A DNA stretch of 38,334 nucleotides from Proteiniphilum sp. (GTDB lineage: Bacteria > Bacteroidota > Bacteroidia > Bacteroidales > Dysgonomonadaceae): contig JBDKRY010000154.1 of the NCBI GenBank assembly GCA_039683155.1, forward strand, positions 1 to 38,334, read 5' to 3'. The notes beneath the pieces were generated by a model. That model had not been told where the DNA came from, ran no database searches, and worked only from the letters and a program-made list of their open reading frames with translations. The number at the start of each line of letters is the position of its first letter. The first letter of the stretch is position 1. A program made the translations under genes and the position numbers. Positions 9,097 through 18,754 of the stretch are shown here, piece after piece.

Positions 9097-9195
9097 TCAG
9101 CTGCCAGTAGTCGGCTGTCAGCTTTTAACATGAATATTTCAGCAGGCAGCGGCAAAAGTGATGAGTTCTGACAACTGAATTCTGAAAACTGAAAA
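9097..9195. repeat. Inverted pair of degenerate heptamer runs: 4 x TCAG-like (9097-9124) and 5 x CTGANNN (9161-9195)
   Basis: tcagctg ccagtag tcggctg tcagctt ... atgagtt ctgacaa ctgaatt ctgaaaa ctgaaaa, in the phoH leader. Confidence 0.7.
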
Positions 9196-9211
9196 CTTAA
9201 AATACATCGAC

Positions 9212-10633
9212 ATGGCAACATCTGAAAAGACCGGTGAAAAAACGAAAAAAACCACTACACCAAAGACAACACAAACAACCGCTCCCAAACGCCGCAAAAG
9301 CAACACGGCGGGAGTCAAAAAAAACTTTATTCTCGACACCAACGTGATCCTGCACGACTATAACTGCCTGGACAATTTTGAGGAGAACGATATCTATCTT
9401 CCCTTTATGGTGCTGGAGGAACTGGATAAATTCAAGAAAGGGAGTGACCAGATCAACTTCAACGCCCGTGCCTTCGTGCGGGAGCTGGACCTGATCACCG
9501 ACGACGATCTTTTCACCAATGGAGCCGACCTGGGCGTGGGCAAGGGAAAACTATATATCGTAAACGGATCGCGCGACAACAAACGCATCAACGATGCTTT
9601 TCCGGAAAAGATACCCGACAACCGCATCCTTACGGTGGTGGCGGATGTGGCGGAGAAGCATCCGGAGATGAAGACCATTCTGGTATCGAAAGATATCAAC
9701 CTGCGCATGAAAGCACGATCGCTGGGCATGCTGGCAGAGGACTACATCAATGATAAGGTGACCAACATCGATGTCTTCGAGCAGGGCGAGCTGGTTATCG
9801 AGGGGATCGACCCGGAGCTGATCGACAGGCTCTATGCACAGCCGGCAGGCGTGGAGCTGGAGGAGTTCACCTTCGAGATACAGCCTGAACCTAATCAGTG
9901 CTTTATCATGAAGAGTGAACGCAACAGCGTGCTGGCCCGCTACAACCCCTTCACACAGAAGGTGAAAAAGGTGGATAAGGATACCAGCTTCGGCATCCAG
10001 CCGCGAAACGCGGAGCAGACCTTCGCCTTTGAGGTGCTGAACGACCCGGAAGTCAAGCTGGTGGGACTCACCGGCAAGGCGGGCACGGGAAAGACGCTGC
10101 TGGCGCTGGCGTCGGCGCTCAGGCAGAACAAGATCTACAGCCAGATACTGCTGGCACGGCCCATTGTGTCATTGTCGAACAAGGATCTGGGATACCTGCC
10201 GGGGGATGAAAAACAAAAGATTGCACCCTACATGCAGCCGCTGTTCGACAACCTGAACGTGATCAAGCAGCACCTGGGGCAGAACAGCGCCGACCTGCGG
10301 GCGATTGAAGAGATGCAAAAATCAGGGCAGCTGGAGATTGAGGCGCTGGCGTTCATCCGCGGACGAAGCCTCACCGAAACGTTCTGCATCATCGACGAAG
10401 CGCAAAACCTCACCCCGCACGAGGTGAAGACCATCATCACCCGTGCCGGCGAAGGCACCAAGATGGTGTTCACGGGCGACCTGCAACAGATAGACTCACC
10501 CTACCTCGACATGCAGTCGAACGGACTGGCCTACATGATCGATAAGATGCGGGGACAGAACATCTTCGGCCATGTGAACCTGGTGAAGGGGGAACGCAGT
10601 GAACTCTCCGAACTGGCGAGCAACCTGTTGTAA
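9212..10633 (+). CDS. PIN-PhoH (PhoH2/YlaK-like) protein
   Basis: PIN motif ILDTNVILHD..VLEELD..PDNRIL..SKDINLR. PhoH ATPase GKAGTGKT, LGYLPG, FIRGRSL, DEAQN, GDLQQID. Confidence 0.92.
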   Translation: MATSEKTGEKTKKTTTPKTTQTTAPKRRKSNTAGVKKNFILDTNVILHDYNCLDNFEENDIYLPFMVLEELDKFKKGSDQINFNARAFVRELDLITDDDLFTNGADLGVGKGKLYIVNGSRDNKRINDAFPEKIPDNRILTVVADVAEKHPEMKTILVSKDINLRMKARSLGMLAEDYINDKVTNIDVFEQGELVIEGIDPELIDRLYAQPAGVELEEFTFEIQPEPNQCFIMKSERNSVLARYNPFTQKVKKVDKDTSFGIQPRNAEQTFAFEVLNDPEVKLVGLTGKAGTGKTLLALASALRQNKIYSQILLARPIVSLSNKDLGYLPGDEKQKIAPYMQPLFDNLNVIKQHLGQNSADLRAIEEMQKSGQLEIEALAFIRGRSLTETFCIIDEAQNLTPHEVKTIITRAGEGTKMVFTGDLQQIDSPYLDMQSNGLAYMIDKMRGQNIFGHVNLVKGERSELSELASNLL

Positions 10634-10647
10634 TTTACGGAAAGTTT

Positions 10648-10801
10648 AATTGTTTTCTTTCGACTCCATCTTATTTGCCCACCCGTTTCCGCTTTACAGG
10701 CTATCTGATAAAAACTCGCTCCGCTCAAACAGCTTATCAGATAACGCCTGTTGCAGCGATCGGGTACCCCGACAATAAGATGATGCCTCAGAAAATCAAT
10801 T
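10648..10801. repeat. ~154-bp imperfect palindrome, REP/MITE-like or structured RNA
   Basis: Nested arms aattg/caatt, ttttct/agaaaa, catcttatt/aataagatg, acccg/cgggt, cgct/agcg, acaggc/gcctgt, tatctgataa/ttatcagata around a 22-nt loop. Confidence 0.75.
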
Positions 10802-10809
10802 CTTCAAGG

Positions 10810-10837
10810 CTGAGTGCTGACTGCTGAATGCTGAATT
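10810..10837 (+). repeat. 4 x CTGANNN heptamer run
   Basis: ctgagtg ctgactg ctgaatg ctgaatt, directly before the hisS -7 box TAACTTTG (10843-10850). Confidence 0.75.
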
Positions 10838-10871
10838 TTAATTAACTTTGCATCCAAAAAGAAAAATAACG

Positions 10872-12245
10872 ATGCAGAAACCCTCGATACCCAAAGGTAC
10901 GCGCGACTTCTCACCCGGGGAGATGGCGAAGCGCAACTATATTTTCGATACAATCAAAGAGGTGTTCCGCCTCTACGGCTTCCGGCAGATTGAGACACCG
11001 GCGATGGAGAACCTCTCCACACTGATGGGCAAGTATGGCGAGGAGGGAGACAAGCTGCTCTTTAAAATTCTGAATTCGGGACACTTTCTTGGTGATATGA
11101 CCCCGGAGGATATCGTGGAGGGCAACTCCGTGAAGACGGCCAACAGGATATCGGAGAAGGGGCTGCGCTACGACCTGACCGTCCCCTTTGCCCGCTACGT
11201 GGTGATGCACCGCAACGAGATTACCTTCCCCTTCAAACGTTTCCAGATTCAGCCCGTATGGCGGGCCGACCGTCCCCAGAAGGGACGCTACCGTGAGTTC
11301 TTCCAGTGTGATGCCGATATTGTGGGCTCCGACTCACTGCTGAACGAGGTGGAGCTGGTGCAAATCATGGATGAGGTGTTCTCCCGCCTGGGTATCCGCG
11401 TATTGTTGAAGCTGAACAACCGCAAGATCCTTTCCGGCATCGCTGAGATCATCGGTGAGGCGGACAAGATCACCGACATCACCGTGGCCATCGACAAGCT
11501 CGACAAGGTCGGGGCGGAGAAGGTGAACGACGAGCTGGCATCGAAAGGGATCACACAGGCGACCATCGACAGGCTGCAGCCAATCCTGCTGCTCAGCGGT
11601 ACCACCCGCGAAAAACTGGAATTCCAGAAGGGGCTGCTTGCTGCCTCAGAAACCGGTCTGAAGGGGGTGGATGAGATGGGATATATCTTTGATAAAACAA
11701 ACATGCTAGCGCTGAAGAACGAGATGATGCTCGATCTGACACTGGCCCGCGGACTCAACTACTACACGGGCACCATCATTGAGGTGAAGGCGCTGGATGC
11801 GGAGATGGGAAGCATCACCGGTGGCGGCAGGTATGATAACCTGACGGGCATCTTCGGCCTGCCCGGCGTGTCGGGTGTGGGTATCTCCTTCGGAGCGGAC
11901 CGCATCTACGATGTGCTCACTCAGCTGAATCTCTTTCCGGAGAGCTTTGCACACAGCACCGACCTGCTCTTCGTCAACTTCGGTGAGCGGGAGGCGGATT
12001 ACCTGCTGCCTGTGATCACGCAATTACGACGCAAGGGCATCTGCTGCGAACTCTATCCCGAGGCGGCAAAGATGAAAAAACAACTTTCCTATGCCGACAG
12101 CAACCGTATTCCCTTTGTGGCGATGGTGGGGGAGAACGAGATGAAGGAGGGAAAGATCACGCTGAAGAACATGCGGTCGGGTGATCAGAAAAGTATCTCT
12201 CCAAACGAAGTTCGGGAAGAAATCAGCAAAAAAGCGTCTGTTTGA
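10872..12245 (+). CDS. hisS: Histidine--tRNA ligase
   Basis: [52 protein letters not shown]. Confidence 0.98.
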   Translation: MQKPSIPKGTRDFSPGEMAKRNYIFDTIKEVFRLYGFRQIETPAMENLSTLMGKYGEEGDKLLFKILNSGHFLGDMTPEDIVEGNSVKTANRISEKGLRYDLTVPFARYVVMHRNEITFPFKRFQIQPVWRADRPQKGRYREFFQCDADIVGSDSLLNEVELVQIMDEVFSRLGIRVLLKLNNRKILSGIAEIIGEADKITDITVAIDKLDKVGAEKVNDELASKGITQATIDRLQPILLLSGTTREKLEFQKGLLAASETGLKGVDEMGYIFDKTNMLALKNEMMLDLTLARGLNYYTGTIIEVKALDAEMGSITGGGRYDNLTGIFGLPGVSGVGISFGADRIYDVLTQLNLFPESFAHSTDLLFVNFGEREADYLLPVITQLRRKGICCELYPEAAKMKKQLSYADSNRIPFVAMVGENEMKEGKITLKNMRSGDQKSISPNEVREEISKKASV

Positions 12246-12278
12246 ACAGCTGCCGCATACACCAGTTTTTTGTTTCAC

Positions 12279-12722
12279 TTATCGGATGACCTTCACATCC
12301 ACGGCATTCATTCCCTTGGGACCGCGTTCCAGCCGGAAGGTGACCATATGGTCTTCCTGAATACCGGGCTCGGCATTGCTCTTGTGAAAAAAGTACTTGT
12401 TGACACTGCCTTTCTCCTTGATGAAGCCGAAACCACGTCCCTCATCGTAAAAGTCGACCCTGCCGGTGGGCTCACTTACTTCTTCAACCTCCTCTGAACG
12501 GGGTATGGAAACTTCGATATCCTCCATAGCGATCTCATCTTTCCGGGTGTGTATGGGCGGCTCATCAACGATTACACCATTGGCATCCACATAGGCAATC
12601 ATATCCTCAAAGGAGCTGGTGCCCTGCTGCTTGCGCTCTTCCTTGCGCTGTAGTTTCTCTTTTTTCTTCTGTTGCTTACTCTTTTCGATCTCTTTTTTGT
12701 GAAATGAATTTGATCTGGCCAT
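12279..12722 (-). CDS. Cold-shock domain protein with basic N-terminal extension
   Basis: C-terminal CSD: GRVDFYDEGRGFGFI..YFFH..VTFRLERGPKGMNAVDV. Confidence 0.9.
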   Translation of the reverse strand: MARSNSFHKKEIEKSKQQKKKEKLQRKEERKQQGTSSFEDMIAYVDANGVIVDEPPIHTRKDEIAMEDIEVSIPRSEEVEEVSEPTGRVDFYDEGRGFGFIKEKGSVNKYFFHKSNAEPGIQEDHMVTFRLERGPKGMNAVDVKVIR

Positions 12723-12774
12723 TTAAATGTATATAGTTTATAAATTGGATATTTATATTGTTATGTATTTTGTC

Positions 12775-12982
12775 GTTTCGAAGTTGCGAAGTTTGGATGT
12801 TTCAAAGTTTGTACGTTTGTACGTTTGTACGTTTGTACGTTTGTACGTTTGTACGTTTGTACGTTTGTTCGTTTGTACGTTTGTACGTTTGTTCGTTTGT
12901 ACGTTTATACGTTTGTACGTTTATACGTTTGTACGTTTGTACGTTTCAAAGTTGCGAAGTTTCAAAGTTTCAAAGTTTGTGC
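12775..12982. repeat. Tandem array of 26 x 8-bp units (core GTTTGTAC; variants GTTTGTTC, GTTTATAC, GTTTCAAA, GTTGCGAA)
   Basis: Counted directly, between the DEAD helicase and cold-shock genes. Confidence 0.95.
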
Positions 12983-13077
12983 CTGCTTTAAAAAGTCCAA
13001 AAATTGGTGTTTCACAACCATAAACACCTGACAATCAGTGTCTATTTTTCTTGAAAAACGACTTTTCAAGTGGGTTC
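12979..13077. mobile_element. Possible ~100-bp MITE/IS-end remnant interrupting the 8-mer array
   Basis: Imperfect terminal inverted repeats gtgcctgctttaaaaagtc / gacttttcaagtgggttc. The sequence aagtttcaaagtttgtgc occurs on both sides (12965-12982, 13078-13095). Confidence 0.4.
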
Positions 13078-13099
13078 AAGTTTCAAAGTTTGTGCGGCT

Positions 13100-14215
13100 T
13101 CAATTCGCTTTTCTCAGCGTCCTGCCGGTCAGTTTCTGGATATCCTTCAGCATCGGCTGTTCATCCTGGGCGCAGAAGGTGAGCGCCGTGCCGCTGTTAC
13201 CGGCTCTTCCGGTACGGCCGATACGGTGTACGTAGGTTTCTGCCACATCCGGCAAATCATAGTTAATCACCAAGTCCAGCTGATCAATATCGATGCCACG
13301 GGCAGCAATATCAGTGGCGATCAGAACCCTTGTTTCGTGCGATTTAAAATTGGTGAGCGCGCGCTGGCGGGCATTCTGTGATTTGTTGCCGTGTATTGCC
13401 TCACTGCCGATGCCGGCTTTGCTCAGCGACCGGGCAATCTTATCGGCTCCATGCTTGGTACGTGAAAAGACCAGCACCGATTTGCGTTTGTCCTTTTTCA
13501 GCAGGTCGATCAGCAGATCTTTTTTCTCCGGCTTCTCCACAAAATAGATATATTGTTCGATGGTGTCAACCACGGAGGAGGTGGGATCGACCTCTACCCT
13601 CACCGGGTCATGCAGGATGGAACGTGAGAGCGAAGCGATGGATGAGGGCATGGTGGCCGAGAAGAAGAGCGTTTGTTTCTCCCGGGGCAGCAGCGGCAGC
13701 AGTCGCTTGATATCGTGGATGAATCCCATATCGAGCATCCGGTCGGCTTCATCCAGCACAAAATGACGGATGGCATGAAGACTGACATAACGCTGGTTGA
13801 TCAGATCGAGCAAACGGCCAGGCGTGGCAACCAGAATATCTACACCGTTCTTCAGTGAACTGACCTGCGCCTGTTGTTTCACTCCGCCATAGATCACGGT
13901 GTGACGGATGCCGGTGTAGGTGGTGTACTCCCGCAGACTGTCGTCGATCTGAATGGCCAGCTCACGGGTGGGCGTAAGGATCAATGCTTTGATCTCTCTT
14001 CTTTTTCCATGGCTTTTATCGAGATACAATTGCTGAATGATGGGGAGTGCGAAGGCGGCAGTCTTTCCTGTGCCGGTTTGTGCCAGTCCCAGGATATCGC
14101 GGTTGCGTAGTGCCGGGAGGATGGCTTGTTGTTGGATGGGTGTGGGAGTGGTATATCCTTTTTCGTCGAGCGCCTTCAATATAGGCTCGATCAATGTTAA
14201 TTCTTTAAATGTCAT
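13100..14215 (-). CDS. DEAD-box RNA helicase (RhlE-like, core only)
   Basis: AQTGTGKT, PTRELA, TPGRL, DEADRMLDMGF, SAT, ARGID, HRIGRTGR. Confidence 0.95.
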   Translation of the reverse strand: MTFKELTLIEPILKALDEKGYTTPTPIQQQAILPALRNRDILGLAQTGTGKTAAFALPIIQQLYLDKSHGKRREIKALILTPTRELAIQIDDSLREYTTYTGIRHTVIYGGVKQQAQVSSLKNGVDILVATPGRLLDLINQRYVSLHAIRHFVLDEADRMLDMGFIHDIKRLLPLLPREKQTLFFSATMPSSIASLSRSILHDPVRVEVDPTSSVVDTIEQYIYFVEKPEKKDLLIDLLKKDKRKSVLVFSRTKHGADKIARSLSKAGIGSEAIHGNKSQNARQRALTNFKSHETRVLIATDIAARGIDIDQLDLVINYDLPDVAETYVHRIGRTGRAGNSGTALTFCAQDEQPMLKDIQKLTGRTLRKAN

Positions 14216-14644
14216 TTAATTTGTTTATGCTGCACCTCGCCGGGGCAGCGGTTGTTGATAATTACCCCGTTTTCCGCATCGGCACAGATCACGGATGATG
14301 AGGTACCTGTATTTGCTTAAAACGGTCCGAAATTAACAAATGGTGGGGAAGAACCGGTTGAGCAGAACCAACACACAAGATGTTATCGTGTACAAAAGTA
14401 ATCAAAATTTTCCGATTTAACCATTCCCGCCCGATTTATTATGATGTCTGACCTTTTTTCTTCAGAATTATCCCGGTTTATTTCATGGAACTTCCTTATA
14501 CGCCTCATGTTTGATTTTGAATGCCGGATGTTTGCTTCCTGAATTCCTGTACTCATATTCCCGATTTCATTTCCTGATTTCGTGGAAATATATTTTCATA
14601 GTCGCTCAAAAAGCGTTTCCTTTGCATGCACAAAATGTCAAGAA

Positions 14645-16627
14645 ATGATCTCTATCGAAAATATCACTGTTGAATTCGGGGGATTTACCCTGCTCGACCG
14701 GATATCGTTCGTACTGAATAAAAATGAACGCGTGGCGCTGGTGGGCAAGAACGGCGCCGGCAAATCGACCCTGCTCAAGATCATTGCCGGCCTGCAGCAA
14801 CCCACACACGGCACCATCTCCTTTCCAAAAGAGGTCTCCGTGGGCTACCTGCCGCAACAGATGAAGCTGAGCGACAGCCGCACCGTGAAGGAGGAGGCGT
14901 CGATGGCTTTCGACCATCTGCAGAAGATGGAACGGGAGCTGGAGGAGCTGCACACGGAGATGACGGTGCGCACCGACTACGAGTCGGAGGCTTACCATAG
15001 CATCATTGAGCGGGCGACGGACCTGCAGGAGCTGTTGCAGATGTCGGGCATCCACAACTTTGAGGCAGAGGTGGAGAAGACGTTGACGGGGCTGGGCTTC
15101 CTGCGCAGCGACTTCGATCGTCCTACCCGCGAGTTCAGCGGGGGCTGGCGCATGCGCATTGAGCTGGCAAAGATTCTGCTGCAGGCTCCCGATGTGCTGC
15201 TGCTCGATGAGCCGACGAACCACCTCGATATTGAGTCGATCCAGTGGCTGGAGAACTTCCTGGCCACGCATGCCAACGCGGTGATGCTGGTATCGCACGA
15301 CCGCGCCTTCCTGGATGCGGTCACCAACCGCACCATGGAGATACTGCTCGGCAGCATCCATGATTACAAGGTGAACTATTCCAAATATGTGAAACTGCGC
15401 CAGGAACGCCGTGAGCAACAACTCAGGGCATATGAGAATCAGCAGAAACAGATAAAGGAAACCGAGGATTTTATTGAGCGGTTTCGGTATAAGGCTACCA
15501 AATCGAATCAGGTGCAGTCGCGCATCAAGCAACTGGAGAAGATTGACCGCATTGAGGTGGACGAGGTGGATACCTCGCGCCTCAACCTGAAGTTTCCGCC
15601 GGCGCCACGGTCGGGTTCCTATCCTGTGATCATGGAGGAGGTGGAGAAGCGGTATGGCGACCATCTTGTCTTTGAGAATGTGACGCTCACCATTGAACGG
15701 GGCGAGAAGATTGCCTTCGTGGGTAAGAACGGCGAAGGAAAGTCGACACTGGTAAAATGTATCATGCAGGAGATTGACCACGGCGGCAGGCTGACGCTGG
15801 GGCACAACGTGAAGATCGGCTATTTTGCCCAGAACCAGGCACAGCTGCTGGATGAGAACCTGACCGTGTTCGAGACGATCGACAATGTGGCGGTGGGCGA
15901 CATCCGCACGAAGATACGCGATATCCTGGGTGCTTTCATGTTCGGCGGCGAAGCATCGGAGAAGAAGGTGAAGGTGCTCTCGGGGGGCGAACGAAGCCGC
16001 CTGGCTATGATCCGGCTGCTGCTGGAACCGGTTAACCTGCTGATCCTGGATGAGCCGACGAACCACCTCGACCTGGCATCGAAGGATGTGCTGAAGAAGG
16101 CAATCGGTGAGTTCGACGGCACCGCGATCATTGTCTCGCACGACCGTGACTTCCTCGACGGGCTGGTGGGTAAGGTGTACGAGTTCGGCGGCGGCAAGGT
16201 GACGGAACACCTGGGCGGCATCTACGACTATCTGTCGGCAAAGAAACTGGATAACCTGCAACAGCTGGAACTCTCAAAATCACCGGCTGTGATAAAGGAT
16301 GCCTCCTCTTCATCGAAAAAAGAACAGAAGGAGCCCAGAAATCAGGAATTGCGGCCGGTGCAGCCCACGGAAAATAAGCTTTCGTATCAGGAACAGAAAG
16401 AGCTGAACCGTCAGCAGCGCAGGCTGGAGAAACAGATTGAAGAGGCGGAACATAAGATTGCAACGCTCGAGGCAGAGATGGCAGCCACGGAGAAGGAACT
16501 GTCCACGCCGGATGGGGCATCGAACACTGCGTTACTGCAAAAGTACCTGGAAGCCAAAGCAAAACTGGATCGCATCATGAACAATTGGGAACGGTTAACG
16601 TTAGAACTGGAGAAGTTTACACGCTAA
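14645..16627 (+). CDS. ABC-F family ribosome-associated ATPase
   Basis: Two ABC cassettes (GKNGAGKS, FSGGWRMR, DEPTNHLD; GKNGEGKS, LSGGERSR), inter-domain linker, coiled-coil C-terminus, no TM segments. Confidence 0.93.
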   Translation: MISIENITVEFGGFTLLDRISFVLNKNERVALVGKNGAGKSTLLKIIAGLQQPTHGTISFPKEVSVGYLPQQMKLSDSRTVKEEASMAFDHLQKMERELEELHTEMTVRTDYESEAYHSIIERATDLQELLQMSGIHNFEAEVEKTLTGLGFLRSDFDRPTREFSGGWRMRIELAKILLQAPDVLLLDEPTNHLDIESIQWLENFLATHANAVMLVSHDRAFLDAVTNRTMEILLGSIHDYKVNYSKYVKLRQERREQQLRAYENQQKQIKETEDFIERFRYKATKSNQVQSRIKQLEKIDRIEVDEVDTSRLNLKFPPAPRSGSYPVIMEEVEKRYGDHLVFENVTLTIERGEKIAFVGKNGEGKSTLVKCIMQEIDHGGRLTLGHNVKIGYFAQNQAQLLDENLTVFETIDNVAVGDIRTKIRDILGAFMFGGEASEKKVKVLSGGERSRLAMIRLLLEPVNLLILDEPTNHLDLASKDVLKKAIGEFDGTAIIVSHDRDFLDGLVGKVYEFGGGKVTEHLGGIYDYLSAKKLDNLQQLELSKSPAVIKDASSSSKKEQKEPRNQELRPVQPTENKLSYQEQKELNRQQRRLEKQIEEAEHKIATLEAEMAATEKELSTPDGASNTALLQKYLEAKAKLDRIMNNWERLTLELEKFTR

Positions 16628-16644
16628 ACTTTATACAAAAAAGA

Positions 16645-17187
16645 ATGGCCAATTTTAGCAAATTCATTTTAAACAAGATCTTCGGATGGAAGGTGATCAA
16701 CGAATATCCGGTTGTGCCCAAGTGTGTGATGGCGGTAGCGCCGCATACCAGCAACTGGGACTTCGTGATAGGCAAGCTGGCCTACAACTCACTGGGGCGC
16801 CAGGCCAACTTCCTGATCAAGGCAGAGTGGTTCTTCTTTCCCTTCAACCTCTTCTTCAGCAGTATCGGAGGGATACCGGTGAAAAGGGGGAAAAGCGGTT
16901 CGCTGACGGATATACTGGCACGGGAGTTTCAAACGCGCGAGTGGATGCACCTCGGCATCACGCCCGAGGGTACCCGCAAGCCGGTGAAAGAATGGAAGAA
17001 AGGCTTCTATTTTATCGCCATGAAAGCGAAGGTGCCCATCATTCTGATTGGCCTCGACTACGGCAGGAAAGAGGCCAGGGTGCTCGACCTCTTCTACCCG
17101 ACCGGCAACTACCGGAGCGACATCGTGAAGATCAAGGCACACTACCAGGGTATACAGGCTAAGAACCCGGAAAATTTTATCCTGTGA
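16645..17187 (+). CDS. 1-acyl-sn-glycerol-3-phosphate acyltransferase family protein
   Basis: HX4D motif PHTSNWD and TPEGTR. Confidence 0.88.
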   Translation: MANFSKFILNKIFGWKVINEYPVVPKCVMAVAPHTSNWDFVIGKLAYNSLGRQANFLIKAEWFFFPFNLFFSSIGGIPVKRGKSGSLTDILAREFQTREWMHLGITPEGTRKPVKEWKKGFYFIAMKAKVPIILIGLDYGRKEARVLDLFYPTGNYRSDIVKIKAHYQGIQAKNPENFIL

Positions 17188-17316
17188 TGCTCTTTCCGAA
17201 TCATCTCCCGTGATGAGTGCGCAGACACTTATTTTCAGTCAATTCGATGGTCAAAAAATCAAAAATGACTTTTCCGAGGGGACTGTCATTAGCAAATTTA
17301 CAATGTACTCCTCCTT

Positions 17317-18402
17317 TTAATCCTCAAAGTCAAACGATAGCTGGATACCTTCCACAGGTACCAGCCCATTTCCGGCATCGGCGTTCCTGAGCGTGAGGCC
17401 CATCAGGCGGATCTTTTGTTCCTGAAAGTCGTCCACCTGCAACAGCAGCTCCTTGCCGATATCAAACATCTCTTCCTGTGACCGGATGTAATGCCCCACG
17501 GTGCGGCTGCGGGTGATCACCGTGAAATCAGCATATTTGATCTTGAGCGTCAGCGTCCGCGCCATGAACTTCTTCTTCTCCGCACGACGGTACACCTCCA
17601 ATGCCAGCTGGTCGAGCGCCGCCAGGATATCGACCATCTCCCCCAGGTCGTCAGCATAAGTCTCCTCAGCGCCGAGCGACTTACGCACCCGCTCCGATTC
17701 CACCTCGCGGTCATCGATGCCGCGCGCAAACCGGTAGTAGGCAATGCCCGCCTTTCCGAACTCACGCACCAGGTCGATCTCCTCCCACTGCTTCAGATCC
17801 TTCCCCGTCTGGATGCCCAGCTCCGCCATCCGGGCGGCTGTGACCTTCCCCACCCCGAAGAACTTGTCCACAGGAAGTTTCTCAACGAAAGCCTCCGCAT
17901 CGCCGGGTTCAATGACAAAGAGTCCGTTCGGTTTCTTGTAATCGGAGGCGATCTTGGCGAGGAACTTATTGCAGGAGACGCCGGCCGAGGCGGTGAGGCG
18001 GGTGCGGTTCAGGATCTTCTGCTTAATCTCTTTGGCAATGATTGTGGCGGAACGGTTTCCCTTGCGGTTGACGGTGACATCGAGGAAAGCCTCGTCGAGT
18101 GAGAGCGGCTCAACTTTATCGGTATACTCAAAGAAGATCTGCATGATCTGGTTGGAGACATTGCGGTAATGATCGAACCGCGGCATGACAAAGATCAGCT
18201 GGGGACACTTGCGCAGCGCCGTGACGGAGGGCATGGCGGAGTGAATGCCATACTTCCGGGCCTCATAGCTGGCGGCGGCCACCACGCCCCGTTTGCCTTC
18301 ATAGCCCACAGCGACAGGCTTCCCGCGATAATCGGGATTATCGCGTTGTTCGATGGAGGCATAAAAGGCGTCCATATCTACATGGATGATCTTGCGGTTC
18401 AT
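17317..18402 (-). CDS. dinB: DNA polymerase IV
   Basis: IIHVDMDAFYASIE, AASYEAR, SLDEAFLD, NKFLAKIASD..KPNG, GVGKVT. Confidence 0.97.
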   Translation of the reverse strand: MNRKIIHVDMDAFYASIEQRDNPDYRGKPVAVGYEGKRGVVAAASYEARKYGIHSAMPSVTALRKCPQLIFVMPRFDHYRNVSNQIMQIFFEYTDKVEPLSLDEAFLDVTVNRKGNRSATIIAKEIKQKILNRTRLTASAGVSCNKFLAKIASDYKKPNGLFVIEPGDAEAFVEKLPVDKFFGVGKVTAARMAELGIQTGKDLKQWEEIDLVREFGKAGIAYYRFARGIDDREVESERVRKSLGAEETYADDLGEMVDILAALDQLALEVYRRAEKKKFMARTLTLKIKYADFTVITRSRTVGHYIRSQEEMFDIGKELLLQVDDFQEQKIRLMGLTLRNADAGNGLVPVEGIQLSFDFED

Positions 18403-18754
18403 AGGGGCAAATATACCTTCATTTTTTTGAATTACATAGCTTTAGATCGATTATTCAATCACTTTTTTTCGCCTTATCCCAAATGAGACAACCTGTTGCA
18501 AGGCAACTGCTGAAAAATCATGCTTACGGCTGATCATCCGCTTCCGGCCAGTTTGGCTGGTCACATTTGCGGGTTGAGCTGTGGCCATCATCCTGTAACA
18601 ATCCATTTTCCTAAAATATAAGCGAATAAATCAACAAAAAATAATAATTTTGTGCGGTGAAGTAAAATATGAATCCCATTTTTATCTATGATTTAATATA
18701 TTTAATTACTATTTTTCCACAGATAACTATATATTTGCATAAAATTAGGCACTT

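Noticed and set aside
12727-13031. Three overlapping repetitive ORFs (VRLYVCTF)n
   Set aside because: Artefact of an 8-bp repeat being open in all three frames, antisense to the flanking genes.
14606-16261. 551-aa antisense ORF (similarly 34065-35675, 25094-26035 and many shorter ones)
   Set aside because: Shadow ORFs opposite well-supported GC-rich genes; no domain features.
18480-18750. Expected attL duplicate of the tRNA-Ser 3' end marking the islet's left border
   Set aside because: I found no copy of the tRNA 3' sequence and no integrase, so the islet is not called an integrative element.
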